Assembly: GCF_963921235.1 (NCBI RefSeq)
Contig: NC_086097.1
Coordinates: 196,852,001 to 196,916,000, forward strand
From: Mobula hypostoma
Taxonomy: Eukaryota
Direction: 5' to 3'
Length of the DNA: 64,000 nt
The notes under the pieces are model-generated. The model had not been told where the DNA came from and did not search any database. It saw nothing but the letters and a program-made list of their open reading frames with translations. Of this stretch, positions 39,401 to 53,110 are shown in pieces; positions within the stretch are counted from its first letter, which is position 1, and the number at the start of each line of letters is the position of its first letter. The position numbers were made by a program, and so were the translations under genes.

Positions 39401-41535
39401 GGGAGAACCAGTGGATGTGGTATATTTGGATTTTCAAAAGGCTTTTGACAAGGTCCCACACAGGAGATTCGTGTGCAAATTTAAAGCACACGGTATTGGG
39501 GGTAAGGTATTGATGTGGATGGAGAATTGGTTAGCAGACAGGAAGCAAAGAGTGGGAATAAACGGGACCTTTTCAGAATGGCAGGCGGTGACTAGTGGGG
39601 TACCGCAAGGCTCAGTGCTGGGACCCCAGTTGTTTACAATATATAGTAATGACTTGGATGAGGGAATTAAATGCAGCATCTCCAAGTTTGCTGATGACAT
39701 GAAGCTGGGTGGCAGTGTTAGCTGTGAGGAGGATGCTAAGAGGATGCAGAGTGACTTGGATAGGTTGGGTGAGTGGGCAAATTCATGGCAGATGCAATTT
39801 AATGTGGATAAATGTGATCCACTTTGGTGGCAAAAATAGGAAAACAGATTATTATCTGAATGGTGGCCGATTAGGAAAAGAGGAGGTGCAACGAGACCTG
39901 GGTGTCATTATACACCAGTCATTGAAAGTGGGCATGCAGGTACAGCAGGCGGTGAAAAAGGCGAATGGTATGCTGGCATTTATAGCGAGAGGATTCGAGT
40001 ACAGGAGCAGGGAGGTACTACTGCAGTTGCACAAGGCCTTGGTGAGACCACACCTGGAGTATTGTGTGCAGTTTTGGTCCCCTAATCTGAGGAAAGACAT
40101 CCTTGCCATAGAGGGAGTACAAAGAAGGTTCACCAGATTGATTCCTGGGATGGCAGGACTTTCATATGAAGAAAGATTGGATGAACTGGGCTTGTACTCG
40201 TTGGAATTTAGAAGATTGAGGGGGGATCTGATTGAAACGTATAAAATCCTAATGGAATTGGACAGGCTAGATGCAGGAAGATTGTTCCCGATGTTGGGGA
40301 AGTCCAGAACAAGGGGTCACAGTTTGAGGATAAAGGGGAAGCCTTTTAGGACCGAGATTAGGAAAAACTTCTTCACACAGAGAGTGGTGAATCTGTGGAA
40401 TTCTCTGCCACAGGAAACAGTTGAGGCCAGTTCATTAGCTATATTTAAGAGGGAGTTAGATATGGCCCTTGTGACTACGGGGATCAGGGGGTATGGAGGG
40501 AAGGCTGGGGCGGGGTTCTGAGTTGGATGATCAGCCACGATCATAATAAATGGCGGTGCAGGCTCAAAGGGCCGAATGGCCTACTCCTGCACCTATTTTC
40601 TATGTTTCTATGTTTCTAAGCCAATTCTGAATCCACAAAGCGAGGTCTCCTTTGGGTTCCATGCCTCCTTACTTTCTGAATGAGCCTTGCATGGGAACCT
40701 TATCAAATGCCTTACTGAAATCCATATACACTACGTCCATTGCTCTACCCTCATCAATGTGTTTTGTTGCATCCTCAACGAATTCAATCAGGCTTGTAAG
40801 GCACAACCTGCCTTTGACAAAGCCATGCTGACTATTTCTAATCATATTATGCCTCTCCAGATGCTCATAAATCCTGCCTCTCAGAATCTATAATTTCCTG
40901 GGTTATCCCTACTCCCTTTCTTGAACAAGGGAACAACATTTGCAACCCTCCAATCCTCTGATACTTCTTCCGTCCCTATTGATGATATAAAGATCATCTC
41001 CAAAAGCTCAGCAATCTTCTCCCTCACTTTCCACAGTTATCTGGGATATATATTGTCCAGAACTGGTGACTTAACCAACTTAATGCTTTTGAAAAGCTTC
41101 AGCACATCCTCTTAATGTCTATATGCTCAAGTGTTTCAGTCCTCTAAGTCATCCCCACAATTGCCAGGGTCCTTTCCCCTAGTGAATACTGAAGCAAAGT
41201 ATTTATTAAGTACCTCCGCTGCCTCCTCAGACTCCATGCACACGTCTCCACTATCGCACCTGATTAGTCCTATTCTCATATGGCTCATCCTCTTGCTCTT
41301 CACATACTAGTTGAATGCTTTGGGGTTTTCCTTACTCTTGCTTGCCAAGGCTTTCTCATGGCCCCTTCTAGCTCTCCTAATTTCATTCTTGCGCTCCTTC
41401 CTGACAACCATATAATTTTCTAGAACTCGAACAATACCTAGTTTCTTGAATCTTTTGTAAACTTTTCTTTTCTTCTTAACCAGATCCTTTGTACACCGTG
41501 ATTCATTTACCCTACCATCCTTTCGCTGCCTCAGT
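36498..41535 (-). mobile_element. Older CR1 (minus strand) interrupted by the young plus-strand CR1
   Basis: Sequence ...tctgtgagcaagc | insert | aagccaattctga... is continuous; RT remnants at 36620-37115. Confidence 0.8.
37554..40617 (+). mobile_element. Young CR1-type LINE, 5'-truncated, near-complete ORF2 (APE + RT)
   Basis: ORFs 37735-39174, 39162-39839 and 39709-40521 are joined by two small deletions. Motifs GITETWL, GDFN, SDHN, FQKAFDKV, GVPQGSVLGP, FADD. Tail (ttctatgt)n, possible aagc TSD. Confidence 0.93.
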
Positions 41536-42221
41536 GTGAAATCATTTTATTTTCACTTTTGGCATCTCCAAGCCTGAATGCTTGAAACTGCAGTGAGCAA
41601 AACAGTTCTCAATTGTTTTGCTGCTTATTTCTCGTCAGCTATCAATGACAAAAGTCACTGCATTTTGAACTCAAACATACGCAACTGATGCTATTTTAAA
41701 AACTGTTCAATCTAACCACGGTGTAGTGGCCACACAAGTACATGCAAATAACACTGGTTAGAAACTGTTTGGCAACAGTTTCCTGTCCCAATTAAGCAGC
41801 ATAGTATGCCAAATAACGGAAGGGAATCCTGGCTGTTTTCTTCATTAGTTTTTTGTTCTTTAAACTTTGAAATTTGATGTATTTAGGGGCCAAATTTTTG
41901 GTACAAAACAGGTTGGTAAGACACTTAAATCCATTATACTGAAATCAATGCAATCGAAGATTTTTCAGTAATGTCAACAACAGAGTCATACAGCATGGAT
42001 ACAACTGTTCTGCCCAACTCATCCATGCTAACTCTGCTGCCCAGTGAGCTATTCCCATCTGCCTCTGTTTGGCTCCTAGTCCTCCACATGTCTCCAATCC
42101 ACGTGCTTGTCTCGATAGATTTTGCATGTTCCTAATTTGCCGCCTCAACCACTATTACTAACAGCTCATCCCAAGTATGCACCATTATTTGTATGAAGAA
42201 GCAGCCCCAGATATCCAAAAG

Positions 42222-43733
42222 ACCATAAAACAAAGGAGCAGAAGTCAGCCATTCAGTCCATTGAGTCTGCTCCACCATTTTATCATGATCCATTCTCCCA
42301 TTTAGTCCCACTCCTCCACCTTCTCACCATAACCTTTGATGCCCTGGCTTCTCAGATACCTATCAATCTCTGCCTTAAATACACCCAGTGACTCGGCCTC
42401 CACTGCTGCCCGTGGCAACAAATTCCATAGATTCACCACCTTCTGACTAAAAAAAATTTCTTCGCATTTCTGTTCTGAATGGGCGCCCTTCAATCCTTAA
42501 GTCATGCCCCCTTGTACTAGACTCTCCCATCATGGGAAACAACTTTGCCACATCCACTCTGTCCATGTCTTTCAACATTCGAAATGTTTCTATGAGGTCT
42601 CCCCTCATTCTTCTAAACTCCAAGGAATACAGTCCAAGAGCGGACAAACATTCCTCATATGTTAACCCTCTCATACTCAGATTCATTCTAGTGAATCTTC
42701 TCTGTACCCTCTCCAACGTCAGCACATCCTTTCTTAAATAAGGAGACCAAAACTGCACACAGTACTCCAAGTGAGGTCTTACCAGTGCCTTATAGAGCCT
42801 CAACATCACATCCCTGCTCCTATACTCTGTTCCTCTAGAAATGAATGCCAACATTGCATTCGCCTTCTTCACCACCCACTCAACCTGGAGGTTAACCTTA
42901 AGGGTATCCTGCACGAGGACCCCCAAGTACCATTGCATCTCAGAACTTTGAATTCTCTCCCCATTTAAATAATAGTCTGATTTATTTCTTCTGCCAAAGT
43001 GCATAACCATACACTTTCCAACATTGTATTTCATTTGCCATTGCCACTTCTTTGCCTATTCTCCCAATCTATCCAAGTCTCTTTGCAGACTCTCCGTTTC
43101 CTCAGCACTACCGGCCCCTCCACCTATCTTTGTATCATCAGCAAACTTAGCCACAAAGCCATTTATTTCATAATCCAAATCGTTGATATACAAAGTAAAA
43201 AGAAGCAGCCCCAACAAGGACCCCTGTGGAACACCACTGGTAACCGGCAGCCAAGCAGAATGGGATCCCTTTATTCCCACTCTCTGTTTCCTGCCAATCA
43301 GCCAACGCTCTCTCCACGTATTAACTCTCCCATAATTCCTTGGGCTTTTATCTTGTTTAGCAGCCTCGTGTGGCACCTTGTCAAAGGCCTTCTGAAAATC
43401 CAAATATACAACATCCACTGCATCTCCCTTGTCTAGCCTACTGGTAATTTCCTCAAAGAATTGTAATAGGTTTGTCAAGCAGGATTTTCCTTTAAGGAAT
43501 CCATGCTGAGTTCTGCCTATCTTGTCATATGCCTCCAGGTACTCTGTAACCTCATCCTTGACAATCGACCCCAACAACTTCCCAACCACCGATGTCAAGC
43601 TAACAGGTCTATAATTTCCTTTTTGCTTCCTTGCCCCCTTCTTAAATAGCGGAGTGACATTTGCAATCTTCCAGTCCACCGGAACCATGCCAGAATCTAT
43701 TGACTTTTGAAAGATCATTGCTAATGCCTCCGC
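42222..43733 (-). mobile_element. CR1 RT / 3' half
   Basis: NYRPVSLTS, FQKAFDKV, GVPQGS, FADDTK, LVRPHLEYCVQFWSP. Confidence 0.9.
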
Positions 43734-44939
43734 ATATCCCTTTAAAGTCTCTTCTGATAATAAACCTGTACCGTCTTGGTTTGTAGCAATCCCTTCCTTA
43801 AGGGAAAAAGGCTGTGCTTTCACCGCCTCTATTTCCCTCAGGATCTTGTATACCTCTATCAAGTCACTCTCACTCTCCTACATTACAGATAGTGAGATCC
43901 TCATCTACACAACCTGTCACTGTAGCTCAGTCCCATACATCCAGGTAACACCCTGGTAAATCATCTGCATTCCTTCTAGTAACATCTTCCCTATAACAGT
44001 GCAACCAAAATTGTACGCAATACTCAATGTGCGGCCTTACCTACAGCTTTTAACTGCAACATAACTTCCCAATTCACATCTTCAGTGCCTTGACTGAAGG
44101 CAAGTATGCCAAATTCCACCTTCACTACCCTATCACCTGCGATGTGGCTTTCAGTGAACAATGCACTTGCACTCCTAGATCCCTCAGTTCCATAACACTC
44201 CCTCGAGCCCTCCCATTCACTGGATTGAGCTCCCAAAATGCAATACCTCATGTTTTACTGGATTAAAAGTTTTTTTTGGCACTGCAATGGAATGAAGTTG
44301 ATCTGATGCAAAGTTCTGGTTTTCTGTATGACATTCTGCAGAAACTGATGTTCGTTTTTTCTGTAATATTCTCAATGTTTTTCTTACTATAATTGCTGAC
44401 CATATGTGGGGCCATTACTGCAATGTCTCAAGTTCAATTCAGTAACAAAATATTCTTAACATTAATTTCATGTAATCATTTGTGTAACTTTGTTTAAACT
44501 TGTACAGGGGAAAAAAGGGTTACTATAGTGGTTAGCAAGAAAGTCTATTAAAGCTTATAGTGGGTTCTAGAACACCTAGAAAAATGGACTGAAAATTTTT
44601 AATGCAGACAACTGTGAGGTATTCCATTTTGGGTAGGTCTTACACTGTGAACAGTAAGGCACGGAGGAGTGTGGTAAAATAGGGGGATCTGGGAATACAA
44701 TCCTTGAAAGTGGTTTCGCGGGTAGATGGGGTTGTAAGGAAAAAATTTCTGCACATTGGCCTTCATAAACCAACGTTTTAAGTACAGGAGATGAGATGTT
44801 ATGTTGAAGTTGTATTAGACATTGGTGAGACCTGATTTGGAGTATTATGTGCAGTTTTGGTCACCTACCTACAGGAAAGCCGTTAATAAGATTGAAATAA
44901 TACAAAGCAACTTTACAAGGATGTTTCCAGGACCTGAAG

Positions 44940-47720
44940 ACCATAAGATGTCGGGGCAGAATTAGTCCATTTGGCCAGTCGAGTCTTCTCCACCATTTCA
45001 TCATGCCTATCCATTTTTCATCTCAACCCAAATCTATTTTCCTGCCATAATCCCTTCATAACCTTTCCAATCATGAATCTATCAACCTCTGCCTTGGATA
45101 TACGTAATAATTTTGCCTCCACAGCTGCCTGTGGCAAAGTAACAGGACTCTCTGGCTAAAGAAATTCCTCCTTGTCTCCTCCTCATGTCCTTAACAAATG
45201 ACTCCAAAAGCTTCCCAACTACTCAGGTTAGACTAACTGGCCTATAATTTCCTTTCTTCTGCCTCCCTCCCTTCTTGAAGATTAGAGTGACACTTAAGAT
45301 TTTCTAGTCTTCCGGAACTATTCCAGAATCTAGTAATTATTGAAAGGTCATTACTAATGCATCCGCAATCTCTTCAGCCTCCTCTTTCAGAACCCTGGGG
45401 TGTATACCTTTTGGGCCCTGTGACTTATCTACCTTCAGACCTTTCAGTTTCCCAGGTACCTTCTCCCTAGTCACAGTAACTTCACATACTTCATGTCCTC
45501 CGACACCTGGATTTTTTTCCATCATACTGCTACTGTCTTCCACAGTGGAGACTGGCATAAAATGTTCATTAAGTTCATCTGCCATTTGCTTGTCCGCATT
45601 ATTAGCTCTCCATCTTTGTTTTCCAACAGTCTGATATCCACTCTTCAACATTATTGGCTAGCTTACTTTCATTTACCTCTTCAATGACTTTTTAGTTGCC
45701 TACTGTTGGTATTTAAAAACTTCATAATCCTCTAGCTTCCCACTAGTTTTGCTCTGTTATATGCCCTCTCTTTGGCTTTTCTGTTGGCTTTGACTTCTCT
45801 TGTTAGTCATGAATGTGTCATCTTTCCTTCAGAATACTTCTTCCTCTTTGCAATGTATATATTCTGTGCCTTCCGAATTGCTTCCAAAAATTCTAGCCAC
45901 TGTTGTTCTGCCGTCATCCCTGCCAGTGTTCTTTTCCAATCAATACAAACTAACTCCTCCTTCATGCCTCTGTAATTCCCTTTACTCCACTGTAATACTG
46001 ATACATCTGACATTATATTATACATTAGCTTCTTCTCAAATTTCAGAGTGAATTCGATCATATTATGATCACTTGCCCCTAAGTGTTTGTTTACCTTAAG
46101 TTCTCTAATCAATTCTGATTTATTGCACAAAACCCAACGCAGAATTGCTGATCCCCTAGTAGGTTCAACCACGAGCTGCTCAGAAAAGCCATCTCGCTGG
46201 CATTCTAGAAACTCTTGGAATCCAGCACTAATCTGATTTTTTTTTTCCCCAATCTACCGGCCTATTAAAATCCCCCATGTCTAATATAACATTGACCTTT
46301 TGACATGTAGTTTCTGTCTCCCATTGTAACTTGTAGACCACATCCTTACTGCTATTTGGGGATCTGTATATAACTCCCAGCAGGTTCTTATTACCTTGCA
46401 GTTCTTTAGTTCTACCCACAATGATTCAACACCTTCTGGCTTCTAATGATTTAATTTCATTTCATTATTTACCAACAGAACAACACCACCCTCTTTGCCT
46501 TCCTACCTGTCCTTTCGATACAAAGTATATTCTTGGAAATTAAGCTCCCAGCTATACACTTATTTCAACCATGATTCAGTGATGCCTACAACATTGTACA
46601 TGCCAATCTGTAACTATGCTACAAGTCATTGACCTTATTCCATATACTGCGCGCATTCAAATATAAAACCTTCAGTCCTATGTTCAACCTTCTCAATTTT
46701 ATTCATATTTTACATTGCAACTCATCCTGTTGACTGCAATTTTGCCCTATCATCAAACTCTTTGCTCGGAGCCTTTGTTTGTTAACCATCTACGGTACAT
46801 CTTCAGCTCTGTCACTCCAGTTCCCATCTCACTGCCAGATTAGTTTAAACCCACCTGAACAACTCACCCAACCTGCCTGCAAGGGTATTGGACCCCCTTG
46901 GGTTCAGGGGTTATCTGTCCCTTTTGTTTAGGTCATACCTTCCCCAGAAGAGACCCCAATAATCCATAAATCTGAACCCCTGCCTCCTGCACCAATTCCT
47001 CAGCCACGTATTCATCTGCCAAATCATGCTATACTTGCCCTCACCGGCACGTGGCACAGACAGCGATCCAGAGAATACTCTTCCGGAGGTTCTGTTTCTC
47101 AGCTTTCTATCTAGCTCCCTGAAATCTCCCTTCAGGACCTCCTCACCTTGACTACCTATGTCATTGGTATCAATATGTACAATGACTAATGGCTGCTCAC
47201 CCTCGCCTTTGAGAATGCAATGGGCCAGATTTGAGACAGCCCTAATCCTGGCATCTGGGAGGCAACATACCTCACCCAAGCTTGATGAGCCAAAGCCACT
47301 CTAAAGACTGGCACAGTCACAAGAATGGCCGCTAACTTCCATTTGAATTATTTTTTATTGGCCCTTTCTAATGAATCCCTCTTGCTGATTGGTCACTCCT
47401 AAACTTAGAGAAACTGCTGCAAACTCTGCCTTTAGAATCTTGATCACCTTCCTGATTTTAAAAACTAGCTCATTTTATACACCCCTGATGTGGATTTACC
47501 AACTAAGAGAAAACTGGCTTGAAGCTCTGGTTTTTAAATCTTGAACGTGGACCTGTCTGAAAGGTATCTCTTTTTACATACTGCCTCTTGCTGATTGGTG
47601 TCTCCTCAACTCAGAGAAACTATCGCTAAATTCTACCTTTAAAGTCTCGACCACTGTCCTGATTTAAAAAGTAGCTCTTCGTACACACCCCTGATGTGGA
47701 TTGTCCAACTCCGTTCTGAT
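44940..47720 (-). mobile_element. Degenerate CR1 with ORF1 esterase remnant and repeated 5' UTR, nested in a plus-strand CR1 (44570-44935 + 47736-48170)
   Basis: CLPDARI..VHIDTNDIG (46911-47279), SDHNMI. The host continues from ccaggacctgaag to gacctgagttatagg. Confidence 0.75.
47380..47710. repeat. ~205-bp period direct repeat (two ~120-bp units) in the CR1 5' region
   Basis: cttgctgattgg...agagaaact...cacccctgatgtggatt..ccaact occurs twice. Confidence 0.75.
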
Positions 47721-49323
47721 GTTTGATCTGAACAAAGACCTGAGTTATAGGAAAAGTTTGAGTAGTTTGGGACTTTATTCCCTAGAACGTAGAAGACTGA
47801 GGGAAGATTTGACAGAAATATGCAGAATTATGAGGAGTATACAAAATTACAAGGCACGTGCAAGCAGGCTTTTCAACTGAGTTTGGTGAGATAACAATTA
47901 GAGGTCATAGGTTGAGGGTAAATGGTGAAATCTTTAAGGAGAACATGGGGGGAACTTCATTCAGAGGGTGGTGAGAGTTTGGAACAAGCTGCCAGGCAAG
48001 TGGGGTCGATGTGGGGTCAATTTCAATTTTTAAAGACAAATTTGGATAAGTACATGGATGACAGGAGTATTGGGGCTATGGTCCAGGAGCAGATTAATGG
48101 TTTGGCACCAACTAGATGGGCTGAAGGGCCTGTTTCTATGCTGTATTGTTCAATGACTCTATCTTGATTATTAACCTTATAATTGTCCTCCCATCACAAG
48201 CCAGGGTGAACTTCATTTCAAGCATCAAAAATAATAATTTGAAGTATCTGATCTAAAACGCTGCATTTTTAGTGTAACATTTAGAATTAATCTAATGTGC
48301 TTTCTACATATTTAGTCTTTTGCTTTCGTCAAAAAAGTTAAAAGAAAAACAATTAAATGAGATTTATTATTGAACTTTTAGTTGTGAATTCTGCTTACTG
48401 TATGCAGACTGAGTCACTTAATCCCTCATAATCTTGTCTGCTCCCCTTCCCCAATCAGTTTGAACTGATTGTTTTTCTTCCTTTTCATACCCCTATCACA
48501 CCAATTCTCTTCGCATGTTCAAAAGAGCTATTGCCAGTTGTAACCCCTTCCACAATCAACAACACCCCCCCCATCCCACCTGTATATTTTTCTTCCCTCC
48601 ACTGACTTCTTAACTATAAATTCCAAAGTTGATGGCTCCATCACTAACTCAAAACACTCAATTTCCCAACAATCCCCCATGGATGGAGCTTAGAATCTTT
48701 TCATAGTCTTTTATTTTATTAACAGAAAAGGGCTAGCCAAATTAGTGATATTTTGAGCTGGATATGAAATATTTTTCATTTGGGAATGACAGCAGGTTGG
48801 TAGCTTGCTGGTTTATGTTAAATGAGGCTTGGGACTCAGTAAAGTTTACCCGTTCCGGCACAGAAACATTACAGTACCTCCTAGCCGTCTTAAGTAATTT
48901 CAAATACACATTTGTGCCTATTTTTCCCTATTTTATTTATCAGATAGCCCTGAGACACGTCATAATTTTCCTTAGAATTCCACCTTCCTAGACTGCAATG
49001 TGCAACTTCACAGATGTTAGCAGCTCTGCATTACCTCTCCAACGTTATTCTTTTATAAATGAAATAATAATCATTCTATCCCAATAGAAATTGCTTCAAA
49101 GTACTCTGGAAGAAAAATTGGTTTTATTTTCTATTAGACTCCAAAAAGTATGTCTGCCAAGGCAGCATAGGCCGTGCTTTGAACTGAGCTCCAGTACTCC
49201 AGTAGTCCATGGAGGTTAATAACGTTGCACAGAGATACCTACATCATCTAAATCATCATCATACCTAAATCATCTCCAAGCATAATTTTTTCATAATGGC
49301 TTTTGTTTTTAATTTTTTGACAG

Positions 49324-49430
49324 CTCGAATTACTTCTTTACAAGAAGAATTGAAATCAGTAAAACTTAACCTTTCCAAATCAGAGATGGAAAAGAAGCAA
49401 GCACAAGAGAAACTTAGTAATTTGGAGAAG
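49324..49430 (+). CDS. ROCK1: ROCK1 coding exon (ARITSLQEELKSVK...LSNLEK)
   Basis: gacag|CT acceptor, AAG|gtacta donor, 107 nt. Confidence 0.94.
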
Positions 49431-49785
49431 GTACTAATGCATAATTAAGATAATATCTGTGAAAAGATATTAGCTTGAAATACTTTTTCTCACTACAGAT
49501 GTTGACAACGGATTGAAGATTTTCAGCATCTAAATATTTTTTCATTTCTGCTAATATCCATGATTGTTACTTGAGCATATTGGTATTTGGTTTCCATTTA
49601 TTCTTTAACATGTTTGTTTCCATCTTATTCAAAGATTGCTGATATCTATAGTTATTCAGTTCACAAGAAACAGATGAGTGCCTTTATAAGTGCTGGATAT
49701 CTAAGATTATAAACACAAATTGTCTTTCCTAAGTGTTTGTCTTATAAAGTCTTTCCTTGGTCAAAATTAATATTAGATGCTTTTA

Positions 49786-50595
49786 AGACCATAAGACATA
49801 GGAGCAGAACTAGGCTATTTGGCCCATCGAGTCTGCTCCGCCATTCAATCATGGCTGATAATTTTTTTTCCCCTCCTCAGGCCCACTCTCTGGCCTTCAC
49901 TCCGTTGTCGTTGATGCCATATCCAATCAAGAATCTATCAAGCTTTAACTACACCCAACAATCTGGCCTCCACAGTTGCCTGTGGTAATAAGTTCCACAA
50001 ATTCACCACCTTCTGGCTAAAGAAATTTCTCCACATCTCTATCGTAAATGGACGTCCCTCTATCCTAAGCTGTGCCCTCTTGTCCTACACTCCTCTTCCA
50101 TGGGAAACAGCCTTTCCACATCTACTCTGTCTAGGCCTTTCAAGATTGGAAATGTTTTAATGAGATCCCCCCCCCCCCCCATCCTTCTGAATTCCAGCGA
50201 GTACAGACCCAGAGCCATCAAATGGTTCCTCATAGGATAACCCTTTCATTCCTGGAGTCATCCTTGTGAGCCCCCTCTGAACCCTCTCCAATCTTTTCTA
50301 AGCACATCTTTTCTAAGATGAGCCCAAACTATTCACAATATAAGGCCTCATCAGTGCCTTATAAATCCTCAGCATCACATCCCTGCTCTTGTATTCTGGA
50401 CCTCTTCAAATGAATGCTAATGTTGCATTTGCCTTCTTCACCACCGAATATTTGCAAATTAATCTTTCGGGTGTTCTTCACAAGAACTCCCATGTCCTAG
50501 ATTTTTGGATGTTCTCCCCATTTAGAAAGTGGTCTGCACATTTATTTTTACTACCAAAGTGCATGACCATGCATTTTCCAGCATTGTAGTTCATT
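49786..50595 (-). mobile_element. CR1 3' fragment
   Basis: YNAGKCMVMHFG; ccataaga tail. Confidence 0.8.
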
Positions 50596-51035
50596 TCCCC
50601 TAAATTATTTATTGCAGTGTGGGAGGATGGGCAGTCCTGTGCAATGACTACGAAGAGGTACACCATATGACCTAAAAAATATTGTTTATTTTCTCTTGTG
50701 CGAAGGCATGTGCCTTCATCCTGTCCTCTGCACTTTAGTTGTGATTCCAGTTGTGGAAACCGAAAGTGCTGAAAATATTCAGCAGTTGAGGCACCAACTC
50801 AGGATATTGGCTTTATATATCAGCTCTGTTCTTTCATTACATGTGTTGTCTGACCTGCTGAGTCTTGCCCAATTTTTACTTGAGATTCACAGCATTAGTG
50901 TTATTTTAATTCTTTGTTGTTATGGAAGTGTTTTTGTCATCTCCCTTTTTTTAAACTACAAAGGTCATCAGTTTAGCAATTTTAATCCATTATATTCAAA
51001 ACATATAATTTTTTTTTGTTACTTTTCCATTGTAG

Positions 51036-51186
51036 GAAAAGAATAACCTGGAAATCGATGCAAATTACAAACAAAAAATGTTACAGCAGCGACTGGACCA
51101 AGAGGTCGCAGAGCACAAAGAAACCAAAGCACGATTGGCAGATGAGTATGAATCCATCGAAGAAGCAAGATCTGCAGCCATGAGTG
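51036..51186 (+). CDS. ROCK1: ROCK1 coding exon (EKNNLEIDANYKQK...SIEEARSAAMS)
   Basis: tgtag|GAA acceptor, G|gttagt donor, 151 nt. Confidence 0.95.
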
Positions 51187-51594
51187 GTTAGTGCCTGCTT
51201 GGACTATTTGTCAAATAAGTGGATTCAAAGAACTAGATGTAGGTTCTACAGTCAACTTTACTGAATAGCAGCATGTATTCTGAGCCTTCCAAATCGTCAA
51301 ATTTCTATTTAGTGAATGGTTTCACATTTGTGGTGCTACATTGGCCTCAACATACACTATAATTAATAAGTATGTCTTGATAAAACCCATTATTTGAAAA
51401 TTATTTCAATTATACTGTGAAATGTTTGACAGATTTGACCACGTGTGAAATTATGGAGGTTTCAATTCCAATTACTTGACTAATAAACATAGACCCTGTA
51501 ACTTTTGTAAAGTTCCAAACATCTTTGTAGAATTCAGCACCTCAGCTAAAGTGATTTTTACCAGTCATTCAAGTTTCTGTTTTATAAGAACTTA

Positions 51595-51789
51595 AGAACA
51601 TCAGAAATAGGAGCAGGAGTAGGCCATCCGGCCCATCGAGCCTGCCCTGCCATTCAATAAGATCATGGCTGATCTGTCCGTAAGCTCAGCTCCATCTTCC
51701 TGCCTTTTCCCCATAACCCTTAATTCCCCTACTATATAAAAATCTATCTAACTGTATCTTAACTATATCTAGTGAAGAAGCCTCAACTG
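51595..51789 (-). mobile_element. CR1 3' end
   Basis: aggagcaggagtaggccat...gatcatggctgatc 3' UTR. Confidence 0.75.
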
Positions 51790-51922
51790 TTTTATCTGCT
51801 GGATACTTGTGCTGTTTTATTTTTCTGACATCTTAAAATCACAACCCTTGAAAATATAGCCAGTAGGATATTTATAATATCCTAAAATACCTGGAGTTTC
51901 AAACTGGTTTGCTGTGTTTCAG

Positions 51923-52083
51923 AAATGGATAACAAGTTGAGAGAAGAGAGGTTGTCCAAGCAAAGAGCCGAGAATCAGGTGATGGAAATTGAGAAGCAGC
52001 GGTCGATGCTGGATGTGGATTTAAAGCAGTATAAACAAAAAGTGGAGCAGCTCAGTAAGCAGAAGGAAAGGTTGGAAGAAGAG
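51923..52083 (+). CDS. ROCK1: ROCK1 coding exon (EMDNKLREERLSKQRAEN...KERLEEE)
   Basis: ttcag|AA acceptor, GAG|gtgaga donor, 161 nt. Confidence 0.95.
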
Positions 52084-52188
52084 GTGAGAAAATTTTATTT
52101 AAATCATCTCTTCTGGAGATTTAGTTTTCAGTATTTATTGGAACGTTAGATTCTAACAGGAAAAAGTAACAAAACCAAAGGTAAAATT

Positions 52189-52236
52189 TTAAACAGAAGA
52201 GATTCTGCAGATGCTGGAAATCTTGAGCAACACACA
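52189..52236 (-). mobile_element. 48-bp Penelope pLTR tail insertion
   Basis: 13-bp TSD caaaggtaaaatt (52176-88 / 52237-49) around ttctgcagatgctggaaat...agcaacacaca. Confidence 0.75.
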
Positions 52237-52758
52237 CAAAGGTAAAATTGTCATGAGCAGAGAAACTTGATCTTGAACAAATAACATGGACCATTTTCAT
52301 ATAAACTTGTAATATGTTACATTAATTTTATTTATTCAACATACGTTTGAGGTTTGTTATTTAATCAATCATCTTGTTTCTGTTATAGAAACTTTCAACA
52401 TGGAAAGGCACAAAGCTTTCCAAGATGGTGCTTTTTTAAAAAAAAAGGGTTGGGGGGGGCGGGGGAGTATTTAAGAAAGTTTCAACAAGACCAAAGATTT
52501 CTTTACCACTGATCCTCAATAATAAGTAAACTGCTTTGGATACTGTTGGGATGGTATGACCTACCGAGGGAATCTGCAATGACTCTGGTCCTGAGTCTGG
52601 CTCTGTGGCTCAGAAGGTAATTGGGGAGAAGAGGAATGCAGTAGTGACAGAGGAATCCATTGCTAGAGGAGCAGATAGGAGGGTGAACAGCCAGAAGTCA
52701 TGGTACATATTAGTACCAATGACATAGGAAGGAAAGGAATGAGGCCCTAGAGAGAGAA

Positions 52759-53110
52759 TACAGGTTTCCCCTGCTATCCAAGAGTGGAGGGTTCCTATGA
52801 AACCTTTCGTTTTATATGGAAAAAATTTTTGCACGTTCCCAGACCCAAAAAATAACCTACCAAATCATACCAAAAATCGGCACGTACGTGCATGTGCACA
52901 CACCTGCCCGCGCGAGGCTTCACGGTCATGGTAGTCTTTCTCAGGGTAAACACAAGTTTAAAGTGGGCGCCTTTTTTCTATATAAAGTAGAAATAATGTA
53001 TGTACAGTGTAGTTTCACTTACCAGTATCGGGAAGATTTAGCCAAAAACTGATTTGTGGGGGAAAAAAAATCAGCACATACAACAACGCACACACACCTG
53101 CCCGCGCAAG
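52759..53110. mobile_element. Probable DNA transposon fragment (TA-CAGG start, pogo/Tigger-like)
   Basis: Begins ta-caggtttcccc, interrupts CR1 sequence, carries an internal repeat cacacctgcccgcgc (x2). Boundaries are approximate. Confidence 0.45.
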
